From positions 3,695,408-3,759,407 of the forward strand of contig NC_068987.1 in assembly GCF_001194135.2 (NCBI RefSeq): 64,000 nucleotides of DNA. Direction: 5' to 3'. The notes below the pieces were generated by a model. That model saw only the letters and a list, made by a program, of their open reading frames with translations, ran no database searches and was not told where the DNA came from. Below, one piece after another: positions 24,681 to 38,110 of the stretch. The DNA comes from Octopus bimaculoides (Eukaryota). Numbering within the stretch: the first letter of the stretch is position 1; each line of letters starts with the position of its first letter. The position numbers and the translations under genes are program-made.

Positions 24681-26368
24681 AATGAAGAAAAGAAAATGGA
24701 GAGTAGGAAGTTAAAAATTATTTATTACTTTACTTCTTACAGCCGTTTTGATTAATACTCAATAATTTAATTACAAATTTATACATTGAATTTGCATTTA
24801 TGTGACATGAGCATAATTTCATCAGAGAAAAAGATGTACCTTGAGATGTTATATGTTACATTCTGAGTTCCAGTTCCGTTGAGATCAATTTTACTTTACA
24901 TCCTTCCAGGGTCAATAAAATAAGTACCAGTCACGCACTGGGGGCCAATGTAATCGACTTGCTCCCCCCACACCCTAAAATTGCTAGTGTTGTACCAAAA
25001 TTCGAAACCAATTCTGTGTATTCATGCATAGGAGTGCACATACATACATTCACGCATGCACATAGATATAAACGTCCGAATATGTTTGTTTACAAAATAC
25101 AATAACTGTTTATAACTTTTCAGTGACAGGAAATACAACCGACTTTAGGTACGGTTTTATTCTTAATCATATCGTTGTTGATGTTGGTTAAACTTTAAAA
25201 TTGCTTTCCCCTTTTCAGATGAAATGAGACATTAAACAAGATGCCACAAAAAAACTAGGGTTAAATGGTAAATCGTTGTTTGGTATCGAGTTCTTTTCTT
25301 GATTCCTTCATAATTCCCAATGTCCTTGCATGGCATGGCTCTGTGTATATTCATGTTGGAAAACGTGGACGCATGTGCGTGTCAAATAGAAGTGATAATG
25401 TTAGATATTAAATAGGTTTGCGATCTGTGTGTGTATAGCTGTATATTGTAAATACCACACTTAGACACCCAGACGTATGGTTGTGTGGTAAGAAGTTTGC
25501 TTTGAAAGCATGTGGTTTGAGTTCAATCCCATGGCGAGGCAGCTTTTCCTCTACCATTGCCTTCATTTGACCAAAGCTTCATGAAATTTAGGAGACAAAA
25601 GCTGTGAGAAAGACCATCGTGTGTGTGAGTGTGAGTAGAGTGTAGGAATATACAGATATATATTGATAAAACAGTCAGAAGTTGGAGAAATACAATATAT
25701 TTATGAATTATTACCTCTAACCGTTTTCTTTCCATTTGAAAGAAATTATTAAAGATGCCGGGATCATTGAGTATTTTTGGTTTATATATATATATATATA
25801 TATATATNNNNNNNNNNNNNNNNNNNNNNNNNNNNNNNNNNNNNNNNNNNNNNNNNNNNNNNNNNNNACAAGAATATAGAATGAACAGGTGTTAATCACA
25901 AATTACAATTGTTTCTGTACAATGGTAACAGCTGTTGGTGATTTTTTTTTTTTCAAATTAATCTTTCTACCCAGATAATATTAAATATACATGTATATAT
26001 ATATATATATGTGTGTGTGTGTTTGTTTTATTGATAATTGGCAGAGGTTGCAAAGTGATTCAGGGCCAAAAGATTTTTGTGTTAACATGAAACTCATGGC
26101 CCTTGAGACACACAGTAACTTCAGCTGTTTATTAACAAAAAATAGTATATATACTCATGCTTTGAGTTCTATTTTCCTTGTTTGCATCACCAAACCATAT
26201 ATATATGTATATATATATAATGTATATAATTTGTGTTTCACCAAGAGCAGTACATGGTACCAGAATTTTCGGCCCTATTCAAGTATAACAAACTACCCCA
26301 AATTGTTGTTACGGTATCCGCATACATGAAGTCCAGACCAGTTAGTTTGTGCTGGCATCAAGCAGTAT

Positions 26369-26531
26369 TAGTTGTTATAATGAAGTCAAACCAGATAATT
26401 AAAGCATTTCAAAAATATTTTTGAAATGCTTTAACTGAAGAAGGTTTATGTAATGGATGCATTGAACTGAAACAGGCGTATTAAATGATTTCAAAATCCC
26501 ACTATTTGGTTTGACTTCATTATTACAACTA
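26369..26531. repeat. Inverted-repeat element containing a perfect 36-bp palindrome
   Basis: 25-bp arms TAGTTGT(T/A)ATAATGAAGTCAAACCA. Internal TTAAAGCATTTCAAAAATATTTTTGAAATGCTTTAA at 26399-26434. Confidence 0.75.
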
Positions 26532-29500
26532 TATATATAAAACTAGTAACACTTTTAAGTACCATGGTAAGCTAACCATTATGCTGGAAGCCAACTGGAT
26601 AATGACAATTTATATGGAGATCTGACTTGTACAGTAATAGTCATACATCTTATTGTACAATGTGATATGTAAATAAATACAATCTTGCAACCGGTTCAAA
26701 TATGCTTGAGGCCCATTGAAACCAATAGGAAATCCACTTACAGTATTTTATCATGGGGAAAATTTCTTGCTGTAAACGCCCTGAGTCAGCTCATAGCGCC
26801 CCCAAACCAGATGAGGCTAAACCAGTCTGGTTACGGGCTGCTGTGAGCAGACTCAAGGGTATTTACTCATATTTGTCTACAGTGAGTAATTTTCTCCATG
26901 GCAAAATGCAGTGAATGTCTTTCTTACAGGTTCAAATATGCCTCAAGCATCTTTGAAACGATAACAAGTTTGTATTTCATAAACATCATTTCTTAACGTT
27001 GTCGCCTCATTTATACATTGAGTTTCTACAACTTCTGCTTAGTTTGTTTTATGAATACGTGTATGTATATGCATGTGTGAGAGCATGGGGCAAGAAAATG
27101 AATCAACAGAATTCGTGTGCTGGTTGAATATATTGCACTAGCTAATGCCACCTCAGTGATCTCCTTCGTTACTGATCAGATTAATTAAAGCAAATATTGG
27201 GGCTGATAGAATTAATTAAGACTATAGTCTAAAGATTAAAATGCACACATATCCTAAATGTGTATTTTCATGTGTATAGATCATCATCAAGTGTGTGTGT
27301 ATGTATGTATATATATATATATATGTACATATATATACATATATATATATATATTTATGTTCTTTGGTGTAGAAATCATGCCAAATATGACATTGGAGCT
27401 AAGCACAGTCCTCTGGGTTGTCATTCCTGTCAAGCCAGCCAACCCATGCCAGCATGGAAAACAAACTTTAAATGGTGATGATGATGATGATGATGGTGGG
27501 TGCCACATGAATAGCACTGATGCTTGTACCATGTGAAAAAGCACCTAGTACATTCTGCAAAGTGGTCGGCATTAGGAAAGGCATCCAACTATAGAAACCG
27601 TGCCAAAACAGACAATTGGAGCATGGCGCATCTCTCTTGTTTGTCAATTCTTGTGAAACCTTCCAGCCCCTGCCATTAAGGGAAAATGGGCATTAAATGA
27701 CAAGGACGATGATGATGGAATGCACACACACATGCATAGTTCTTATTCTTGATCTAGTTTACAACTCTGTATACCGCAAGCAATTAATGAGCCGATTGCA
27801 GTCAGATCCCAAGCCAGGCAGAGACAGAGCGGATATTGTAAAGATCATAAAAATTCTTCACGCTTAATCAAGGTTAATAGTTCAAAAATAAATTACAGCA
27901 ATCTGATTAACAGTAAATCATCTCATTCGTTAAGGAATTATTAGCTATTTATAGATTTTGCTAATTAACAAAACATCTTACATAGGACGTAGGGTATATA
28001 TAAAAGTTAAACAGGTGAATGTGGCTAAATGTGATTATGAGCAAATAAGCTTAGTTTTTGTTTCGTTTTTTTGTTATTTTTTGTTTTGTTTTTATAAGAA
28101 TTTATATATTTTTACCCTTGTTTTTTAATCCTTGTTATTCCCATACCTTGTTTATGCACATTGTTTGTTATTTTCATGTATTATTATTCACCCTGTTGCT
28201 GAAGTGTTTTTATTTTGTTTTGTTTCTTTTTTTATATTTATTGGTGCATTTGGTTGTTTTTAATGTAAACTGACTGCTTTTAGGTACAGTTTCAGCAAAT
28301 ATAGTGTTTTGCTTAATTTTTTCTTTTTTATGAGTGTTTTTTAGTTGTTTCTTAATATTATTAAAATTATTATTTCAAAAGNNNNNNNNNNNNNNNNNNN
28401 NNNNNNNNNNNNNNNNNNNNNNNNNNNNNNNNNNNNNNNNNNNNNNNNNNNNNNNNNNNNNNNNNNNNNNNNNNNNNNNNNNNNNNNNNNNNNNNNNNNN
28501 NNNNNNNNNNNNNNNNNNNNNNNNNNNNNNNNNNNNNNNNNNNNNNNNNNNNNNNNNNNNNNNNNNNNNNNNNNNNNNNNNNNNNNNNNNNNNNNNNNNN
28601 NNNNNNNNNNNNNNNNTATATATATATATATATATGCACAAAATGGAAGATCCGGTTCATTGAGTTTGTATATATATGTTTGTGTGTATATATTTGTATA
28701 TATGAACCTACCTTATGGCAAGAGGTGCAAATGAGGATAGCTACATCAAACTCCATTCTTCACCAAGTGCCACATATTAGAGAAGGCTCTCAGTAATAAC
28801 AGTGTAAGAAAACAGCGGTGCTCCAGCATGGCCACAGCTCTGAGCTGAAACGACAAAGAAAATATATATATTTGACAAGGTTTATGCAAGTCTAAAATTA
28901 TATTTTGTTATGCAAAAAAAAAAAACACCAAACAAGAAAAAAAAAAAGAACAAAGAAATCAACTGCCATAAATAATTCACATAATCTTCTTTTTACACTT
29001 CAGAAATTCTCATTAAATTTAGTTTTGCTATTGAGCAAAGTTACTATTTTTCTAATTATGGACATAATGAACTTAGTTGTCTAACAGAAAAAGAAAAAGA
29101 GGTTTTTTTAAATCTATTTTTAACTATTTCATCATGGTACTTGGTTTATTATCATCTAAAGCCTCACCGGCAGCCATCTTTGACTTTCATATCAAAATAG
29201 GGTAAAGATACTTTGATTTTCATCTGAAGTTGTAACTCCATATCATTTATCACCTTATTTTGATCCTAAACAAAAGAACTGAACTTGTTTCTATCATGTC
29301 GACACATGCTTCTGGTTTTGAAGTACCTTCAAACATATTTACCGAGTAACATTAGTACATCAAAAATTCCCCGTCGAGTAATGTGCACTTGTTTTGCTTT
29401 GCCAGATTTATTGTTAAAACTAGGTTTAAGCTCTCATTATGTTGACTAATCGAGGGATCTGTCACAGCATTGTATGTTTTAGATATATTTATGTAATACC

Positions 29501-29694
29501 CGAATCAAGTTTATTGATCAATGTACCATATTTCTGTAGTACACAGGCCTTCCACCTTTCCTCTGAGCTCTCTCTTATCTCTCCTATGGTGATACTTGCA
29601 CAGATTTCTTCTTCACACCTGACATGATGCACCACATCTCTCATTTCACAGTCAGTATATATTGCCACCTTTACTTCATATAATTGGTACAGGC

Positions 29695-30165
29695 ACTGCT
29701 GTGTGGTAAGAAGTTTACTTCCTGATCGCATGGTTTCAGGTTCTGTTCTGTTGTGTGACACCTTGCACAAAGGTCTTCTGTTGTAGCTCTGGCCTGACCA
29801 AAGCCTTGTGAGTGGATTTGGTAGATGGAAATTGAAAGAAGACCGTCATGTATATATATATATATATGGACTCTCCCGTCGTTAGACGATGTATGAGGGT
29901 TTGGTAATTTCTTGCTGAACAACCACACAGGTGATTTGTTTATAGTGTTTAAATGTTTGTGTACACATAAGCTCACTCTCTCCATCAAATTGACATTACC
30001 TGTACAGGTGCACCGTATGCTATGTGTCAGATGACGAAACAACTGAAGAGCAACGTAAAGTGAAGTGCTTTGCTCAAGTGCACAACACAATGCCCTGTCT
30101 GGGAATCGAACCTACAATCTCACAATCGTGAGTGCAACATCCTAACCACTAAGCTATGCACCTTA
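29695..30165. mobile_element. SINE family A 5' half (+) abutting SINE family H (-)
   Basis: Family A head and core run to the (TA)n at about 29860, followed by the family H body and head in reverse. Confidence 0.75.
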
Positions 30166-33084
30166 ACAAATGTGTTTGTGTGTGTTTCTGACTCCTTGAC
30201 ATCACGTGACAGCAGTGAATGAATGCCACTACCATACAGGTGGTGTTCTTTGTTTCTAATCTTCCATGAAAACATGTCTGGTTACGGGGAAACATTACCT
30301 TACTTGGGAACAAGTGAGGCTTGACAACAGGGGTGGCATTGGGCTGTAGAAAAGAAAATTTACCTCAACTAATTCTGTCTGACCCAAACAAGCATGGAAA
30401 AGTAGACATTAAAATAACAAGGATGATGATTTCTAACAAAGAATTAAAATTTACAGATATTAGATCTGTTAGCTCGTCCTAAATCTATTAGTAGTTTTAC
30501 TATTGACTGTGGCATCTGCAAACATCACATTATTGAATATAGCATTAGTAGTATCCCTTGTATTAACTTTGTTTACTATTTTTCTTTATATTTCTAACAA
30601 CTCTAATCCAAAATGCATTATAACACAGAGAGTATATTTTGTCTGCAACATTATCCAAGAGGATTTTGTCCTGTTTGTCAGCTCCATTATAAACCCCGAC
30701 CCTTCAGCTAGTTAGTTGCATGTCAAAAATGAAATGTGGGGATGTTCTACTGCTCGTTACATGTTTGATGCAGTTACCACAACTGCATCTCAAATCTCTA
30801 ATTTGTCTTACAAGATCACATATTCAGTTGTTGATCTCTGACAGTCTTCTGCTTGTTTGAATCTTTTCTTATGTAGTGTTTGTGTTGTATATAAATGGTT
30901 TAGGTGAACCATTGTTTAGAATCTTTATTTACCACTTGGTGTTCATTGCAAACAAGTTCTTACAGGAGTAGCTGGGTGTGTGGCTGGTTGTGATGTTGAT
31001 ACATCCTTGGATAGGATACTTATTATGTCTTTTATGGTGTGGATAAGATAGGGGGTCATCCTTCTGTCACAGTGCAGAAAAGTCTTTAGTAGAAAGTGGG
31101 TTATACATCTTTAGATTGTATACCTGACTTTCTACTATAAAATTAAAGAAATTGACGGAACGCTGAACTCCAGACTAAACAACTCAAACAACATTTATTT
31201 AGGTGGTAAAACATACATATCTTCAGTTATACATCTTTAGAGGTGAGAATAACGAGCTGTCGAGTATAAGACCGAAAGATGTAGAGACAGCTTTAAACAC
31301 ACGTCCATGCTCAATCGCTGGCCAGCAAGAAAGAGAATGAATTGAGCGGGAAACGCTTGCTTGTTTAATTCTACGCATGCGCAGGCGTTACTACAAGTCC
31401 TTGTGATAGGGTTCACGATGTCATCCACAGAATACTGGTGAAGATGCTGGTTTTTCAGCTTTGATGACCTGTGAAGAGGTTGGCAATAACATCAACAATA
31501 CTGCTTTCTTTGATGTTATTTGATCTGTTGCTAAATGTAATGATGTGGTTCTTTTGTGTTGCTTTAAGTGTGGCACCAATTGCATCGCACAATCGTGGTT
31601 TTAATGTAGTAGATATCTGAAAAGATCTAGCTGGGCTTAGGTGAACTCAGCCAGTTTTCAATTCACCACAGTATTGTAATGGTATCAGTAAGAAAGAAAG
31701 AGCATTGAGTTTATATGAATTCTAAACCTGCTGTGTCTATGCGGAAATATCCAATTCTGTTTTAGATAATAGAAGTCAGTAAGCAACGTATCAAATTGGT
31801 GTTAAAAGTTATCAGTTACGGATATACTTTATTAGTTATCAGTTACGGATATGTTCTTGGCCAATCAAGATTCTCAGGAAATTAGTTATTATATTATCTG
31901 ATGAAAACCAAGCCATTCTTCTCTCTTATCAATAAAGCAAGTGTTTGTTATTCAATCTTTTCCTCCTGACTCAAGTAGTTACAGGTTTGTTTTAACTGCA
32001 GTAATGTTACTATATAAAATTCAGTAACTTTATTGAGACACAAAGTTCAGTAACTTTCACCAAATGCACAGCTGGGGTAGGGTGGAGGGGGGTCTGCCTC
32101 AGGCAACACTTTTGGGTTTTCTGTATAAGGGATGTTTCTGGCAGCACAAACTCTAGCTATGCCACATGTAGCACAATATTCCAACTTGTGTTAATCTGCA
32201 GACAAGAATTGACTCAAAGATGTACAAATTTCTTGTTGTAAGTTAATACCTAAGATGCTGTTACTGCAAATGAAACATTTGTCTGCAAAGACATAACTGA
32301 AGCACTCGTCTTTGGTCTTGTTGTCATTGTTGAAGTGTTTCTGCATGCCACACATTCTACACAGCCCTTTGCATAATTGTTTCCTCCTCACATCTGCAAC
32401 CTTCCAAAAATTCACTCTTCATCCATGGTTTTTTCTGCTGATGCCACCTTTCAGTCCATTGTCATGTCAGCCTCTCCAAGAAAGTTGGATTTTTCTTCCA
32501 TGCGCGCAAATTCCTTATGTCTGAGAATGTAGGCCGGTGCCTTCTCTGAATTTCTTAAACTTGTTTCATCGAATTCAAAATCAAATTGTCAACATGATGA
32601 GTTGTCATCTTTGTCTTTGGTTGGAGTCTTTGGCTCATCCTCAAAATGTATTTTTGCTCTCTCTTTCTACAACTATTCCCATAGTCATTGCTCTGACAAA
32701 TTTTCTGGTCTAGTTCCTCTCAGTCAAGAGCTTTAAATGTGTCACCTACTTCTCTTTCCATGCATATTATTTTTCTGTTGAGTTTCCTGTTAGTCATAAG
32801 TCATTTTATTCTAATAGTTTCTTTATTCGAAGACTCACTACTACCATCTTGCTTTCCTCTTGTCTGTGATATTCAATCCTTTAACCGTGTCAATTGACAT
32901 CTTTTAAATTTATAGGCCCCCTTCTTTTCTTTCTTTCTAGTCCCTTATGTTTCAGTGGCCATAAACCTTGTTTAGAACCAAACTGTATAAAAACAGGTTC
33001 CATTAACATAGGGAGTTTACAAAGATCATAGATGTCTGCCCTCTGATCAATGAAAAGACTGTGTGTCAATGAAGGTTTACCTCT

Positions 33085-33220
33085 GTGGTTGGTGTTAGGA
33101 AGAGCATCCAGCTGTAGAAACTCTGCCAAATCAGATTGGGGCCTGGTGTAACCATCTGGTTCGCCAGTCCTCAGTCAAATCGTCCAACCCATGCTAGCAT
33201 GGAAAGCGGACGTTAAACAA
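33085..33220 (+). mobile_element. Repeat family B
   Basis: Core and tail. Further decayed copies lie at about 27530-27720, 33880-34070 and 55200-55410. Confidence 0.75.
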
Positions 33221-33376
33221 AAAGAAGACAAAAACAGAATCAATAATATAGACAATTGCAGGCCCCAAAAAAGCATTAAATAGCTGAAGGATTAAAATTA
33301 ATCAAAAGACAAAGAGTTTTGACTGTTATTTCCAGCAAGTAGACATATTTAATACGTCCTTTGATTAATTTTATGT

Positions 33377-33427
<51 letters not shown>

Positions 33428-34084
33428 CATAAATACATTTTTTTGTATCATAACAACACAAAAACTACCGAAATTGAGGTGTATAGAGTTTATTGTTGTC
33501 TGAGTGTATGGAGGGCAATTGAAATGTTTCTTTTTTTACGAAAATCTCGATCATTTCTTGTTAAACTGGTTCTCACATTGGTGACAAGTGACCAGTTTGT
33601 CATGTCGGGTATTTTTACTACTTTTCTCTTTTATTGCTCATTGAGGAGTAAAATCACGCAACAACAAACAGCTGGCTGTACTAAGCCTTTCGGTATAGGT
33701 TTGTAGTTAAGGTCATCATCATTGTCATCATCATCATTGTCATCATCATCATTGTCATCATCATCTTGAAGTCCACTTGATGTATTCAACTTTTCGGCAA
33801 GGCACCTTCCCCCTCTCCCTCTATCACCGTTTCTTTCTCCGGTCTATACCCCATTCAGTCGAGGGGTCCTATCTTGCAGCTACTTGGTGGCACATGAAAT
33901 GCACCTGGTACACCCTCTTGAGTGGTTGGCAATTAGGAAGGGCATCCAGCTGTAGAAACCATGCCAAAGCAGACATCGAACCTGTCAGAGAACTCTGGCT
34001 CATCTGTTCTTATTGAACCATCCAACCTATGCCAGCTTGAAATAAGGGACATTAGATGATGATGATGATGGCTATAAATATCTT

Positions 34085-34505
34085 TTACCTTTTTCAATCA
34101 TTAGACTGTGGTCATGCTGGGGCACTGCCTTCAAGAGTTTTTAATCAAAGGAATCAACCCCAGTGCTTATTTTTTTTAAAGCTTCATATTTATTCTGTGT
34201 CTTTTGCTGAACTGCTAAGTTACATCGTCGTCGTTGTTTAATGTCCACTTTCCATGCTGATTTGGCAAGGTTTCTACAGCTGAGGGATGTAAACATACCA
34301 ACACCGATTGTCAAGCGGTGGTGGGGAACAAACTCTCTCACACACACACGACAGCTTTCTTTCAGTTTCCATCTACCAAATCCACTCACAAGGCTTTGGT
34401 CAGCCTGAGGCTATAGCAGAAAATGCTTGTCCAAGCTGACATGCAGTGGGACTGAACCCTGAACCATGTGGTTGGGAAGCAGACTTCTTACCACACAGCC
34501 ACACC
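34085..34505 (-). mobile_element. SINE family A (reverse)
   Basis: Reverse complement of the head, core and tail. Confidence 0.8.
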
Positions 34506-34889
34506 CTCCCCTATTTGCTATAAATGGATTAATCTTATTGTGGAGTAATGGTCTAATTGTTTTTTATACTTAAATAATTGTATTTCATTTTATGTGTGTG
34601 TCACTTAATGTCTTGGTTTACATGTGAGCTACAATTGGTTTCATGCTCTGATTGTACAGTAATTAGACTATCCTATGTAGCATACTGTGTACTCTCCTAT
34701 CAATCAGTCAAGCCGCAAGATAGTACACAGCAGGCCGTACAAGTCCATCTGATTACTGTGCTATCAGCTCTTGCAGCTCACAAGGAAATCATGTTTATTA
34801 AATGATGTTTATCACATGCTAATTAGTGTACTTTTTTGTTGATCTTACCAACAAGGAAGCTATATATGCTACACACACACACACACACT

Positions 34890-35245
34890 GGCTGTGGTAA
34901 CAAGCTTGCTTTCCAACGACATGGTTCTGGGTTCAGTCCCATTGTGTGGCACCTTGGGCAAATGTCTTTCACTATAGCCTTGAACTGACCAAATCCTTGT
35001 GAATGGATTTGGTAGATGGAAACTCAACGAATCCCATCATATTATATGCGATATGTCTATGAATATGTGTATCTTTGTGTTTCTCCCTCACCACCACAAC
35101 TTGATAACCAGTGTTGGTTTGTTTACATCTCTACTTTAGCAGTTCGGCAAAAGAGACCAACTGAATAAGTACCAGGCTTTGCAAAAATTCTTTAAGGTGG
35201 TACTCCAGCATGACCACAGTCTGACTGAAAAATGTAAATTATAAA
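34890..35245 (+). mobile_element. SINE family A
   Basis: Family A head, core and tail. Confidence 0.8.
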
Positions 35246-35439
35246 AGAGAATATGAAACGGGAGTGTACTCTGGCATTTATTTGCTCATTTTCTGGAATT
35301 ACTATTCAAAGACACCCTCAGAGTAGAAACTGAGTAAAGCCTAGTGTTTTAGCAAATGACTCAGTATTTGGTGTAGACTCAGTTCATGGCTCATTCCACT
35401 GGCTTTGAGTGGTTTTACTTCCATCTGTGTTTCCACTCA

Positions 35440-35610
35440 TCATCATCATCATTTAACGTCCGTTGTCCATGCTGGCATGGGTTGGAGGGTTTGACCAGAG
35501 CTTGGCGCTGCACTAGACTCCAGTCTGGTTTAGCATGGTTCCTATGGTTGGATGCCCTTCCTAATATGCCAATCACTTTACAGAGTGTGCTCGGTGCTTT
35601 TATGTGGCAC
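35440..35610 (-). mobile_element. Repeat family B (reverse)
   Basis: Reverse complement of the core and tail. Confidence 0.75.
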
Positions 35611-36550
35611 TGCACAGGCGCTATCATCCATAGCCTCCTCCTTGCACTCATGCACACACAGAATTTATGATGCTCCACGGCTTCTTCTTGTGAGGTTGCT
35701 GCTTGTCAGTTTTCCATTGTTTACTTAGTATAGCATTGTGACCTCTTTTTGCCTGATTCTCCACCCGAATGTAGCCGTGCCTTGCTTTTATAAACTGTTG
35801 TTTGTTTTGTAGAATCTCCTTAATTGATGGTAAAAAGTGATATTGCTTTCTAGAAACCGTCCTACATTCTTCATTTGGATTCTTACCGATGGTTTTTGCT
35901 TGGATAAAGATGGTAATGAGTTTATCTAAGTGAACAATTCCAGGTTATTTCTCTTAATGATAATTATCCAATCAATTGATTTAACCCTTTGGCATTCCGA
36001 TTACTCTGTCAAATGTAATGCTTATTTATTCTCATTGTTTTGATATAAATAATGCATTATCTCATGGCTTTCAGATTTCAGTGTTGTGATCTGTAGTTTG
36101 TGACATGCACAGATGAGACAGTTCAGTAAATGAAAGTCCAGGGTGACAATAATCCAAGCCAGACATTCATGGCTCTTGCTCAGTTGGGACATCTAGTATG
36201 GAAAGGTTAACATTGGTCCAGATAAGTTGCCCAAACTGGATGGATGAATGCTTACAATTTCTGTATTGAGAAAATAATGCATCTTTAATTTTACATATTC
36301 ATAAATGTTCCACTGAAATGATTATTTTGGAACTTAAAGTCTAACCTTTTTGCTTCCAAGACGGATTGTTAACCCTTTAGCATTCAGATTACTCTGCTAA
36401 ATGTAATCCTAATTTATTCACATTGTTTTGAATTAATCATGTATTGTCTTGTAGCCTTGAAATTTCAATGCTGTGATTGTTTATTTGTAGAACGACATTG
36501 TAGGATAGGTGTGAGAGGCTGGATCTGGCAGTCTGAACATAAAATAGAAT

Positions 36551-36702
36551 TACTATTTTTAAAACTCACGAGAGATATTCAGCAACTGTACTTTGGAGTA
36601 AAAATTGTTTGCCAACATAACATGGCAGTCCTGGGGCTAAATTACAGCAACATTCATCCTAAACCAGGACTGCCATGTTATGTTAGCAAACAATCTTTAC
36701 AC
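36551..36702 (-). mobile_element. Second family E hairpin element, nested in a piggyBac-type MITE, 13-bp TSD
   Basis: Reverse-orientation homologue of 7362-7513. TSD CATAAAATAGAAT at 36538-36550 and 36703-36715. Confidence 0.8.
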
Positions 36703-37825
36703 CATAAAATAGAATATTTTGAGCATTTATGTCCAGCATAAATGCTAGAGGGTTTAGGTGGTGGTGGTGGACACATGTTCCAACCAAATCTGTCTTTTAT
36801 GGTTTGCAACAGAACATTCAGTTTCACCATCTCTAGATTATAGTCTTGTGGTCTGAGGTGCCCAGGTGTGCTAGTGATGTGGCTTCTGCAGGTAGGTTTG
36901 TCAGAACAAGATCAAGAATGTTGTCTTCTCTTGCTGCCACTTCTTTTACAATCTGCTGTCAGCCAAGACATGTTTTTGTTTGAGTGTGGTTATTGAGCCA
37001 GTTCTAATGGTGGATATTGAAGTCTCTTAAACTCTAACAGATAGGAGATCAAACTCACACACCTTTCTAATAAACTAAGAATAGTTATTGTTCAAAGTGA
37101 GTTGGAGTTAACCCTTTTCTTACCGTATTTCTCTTGAAATACAGTTTTCACTTCAATTAATTTTGAAAATAAAGAATTTAGTAAATTAACTTTGACAATA
37201 TTAATTTGGTGTTTGAAACATAAATTAGCAGGAAATTTTAAAGGAGAGTTTTAATTTAGATCACTTGAAAACATGAAGTTTTTTTCCATAGAACCAAGTG
37301 TGGTCTTGGAAGGTTTTGTATCAAAAGGGATACTGGACAAAATTCCAAATTTAGCCATGACACAACAGGACCTACATAAATTTCTTGACCAAGGATTAGG
37401 GAGAAATGATATTGGAAATTTAACTCTGATCAGATTTTTGGATCTTTTATTAAAAACTTTTCATATTTTTTTTTTTTTAGTTCTTAAAGTTAAATGTAGA
37501 AAAATTGAGTTTCAAGGTTCATCAATCTTGTTAGTGTTTCTCAGTCTTGTGAATGAGTTTGGTTGTTACTAAACCATACCAACGAGACAGAGGTCTTGAA
37601 GCAGTGGAGTGAGGAACTTCACAGCTGCAGACTAAACATAAAGCATTAATAAAGAAATAAAATAACTCTTGAGGTAAAAAAAAAAGAATGAATTAAACTT
37701 GACCAATGGTATGTAATATTTTCAAAAGGAAGATATATATATACATTATATACACACACCAATCTGGGGAGATTTTGTTTTCCCGAGCTCTGAAGTATAT
37801 TGTGCTTTTTAACACCATACAGTTT

Positions 37826-38110
37826 TTCTCGAGCGAGATCGTTGCCAGTGCCCCTGGACTGGCTTGTGCGGGTGGCACATAAAAGACACCATTTCGAGCG
37901 TGGCCGTTTTCGTGCGGGTGACACGTAAAAGCACCCACTACACTCTCTGAGTGGTTGGCGTTAGGAAGGGCATCCAGCTGTAGAAACTCTGCCAAATCAG
38001 ACTGGAGCCTGGTGTTGCCATCCGGTTTCACCAGTCCTCAGTCAAATCGTCCAACCCATGCTAGCATGGAAAGCGGACGTTAAACGATGATGATGATGAT
38101 GATGATGATA
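37826..38110 (+). mobile_element. Repeat family B, well preserved, with two 5' modules
   Basis: Two 'gtgcgggtg.cac.taaaag.cacc' units precede the core. CpG-rich, suggesting a young copy. Confidence 0.85.
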
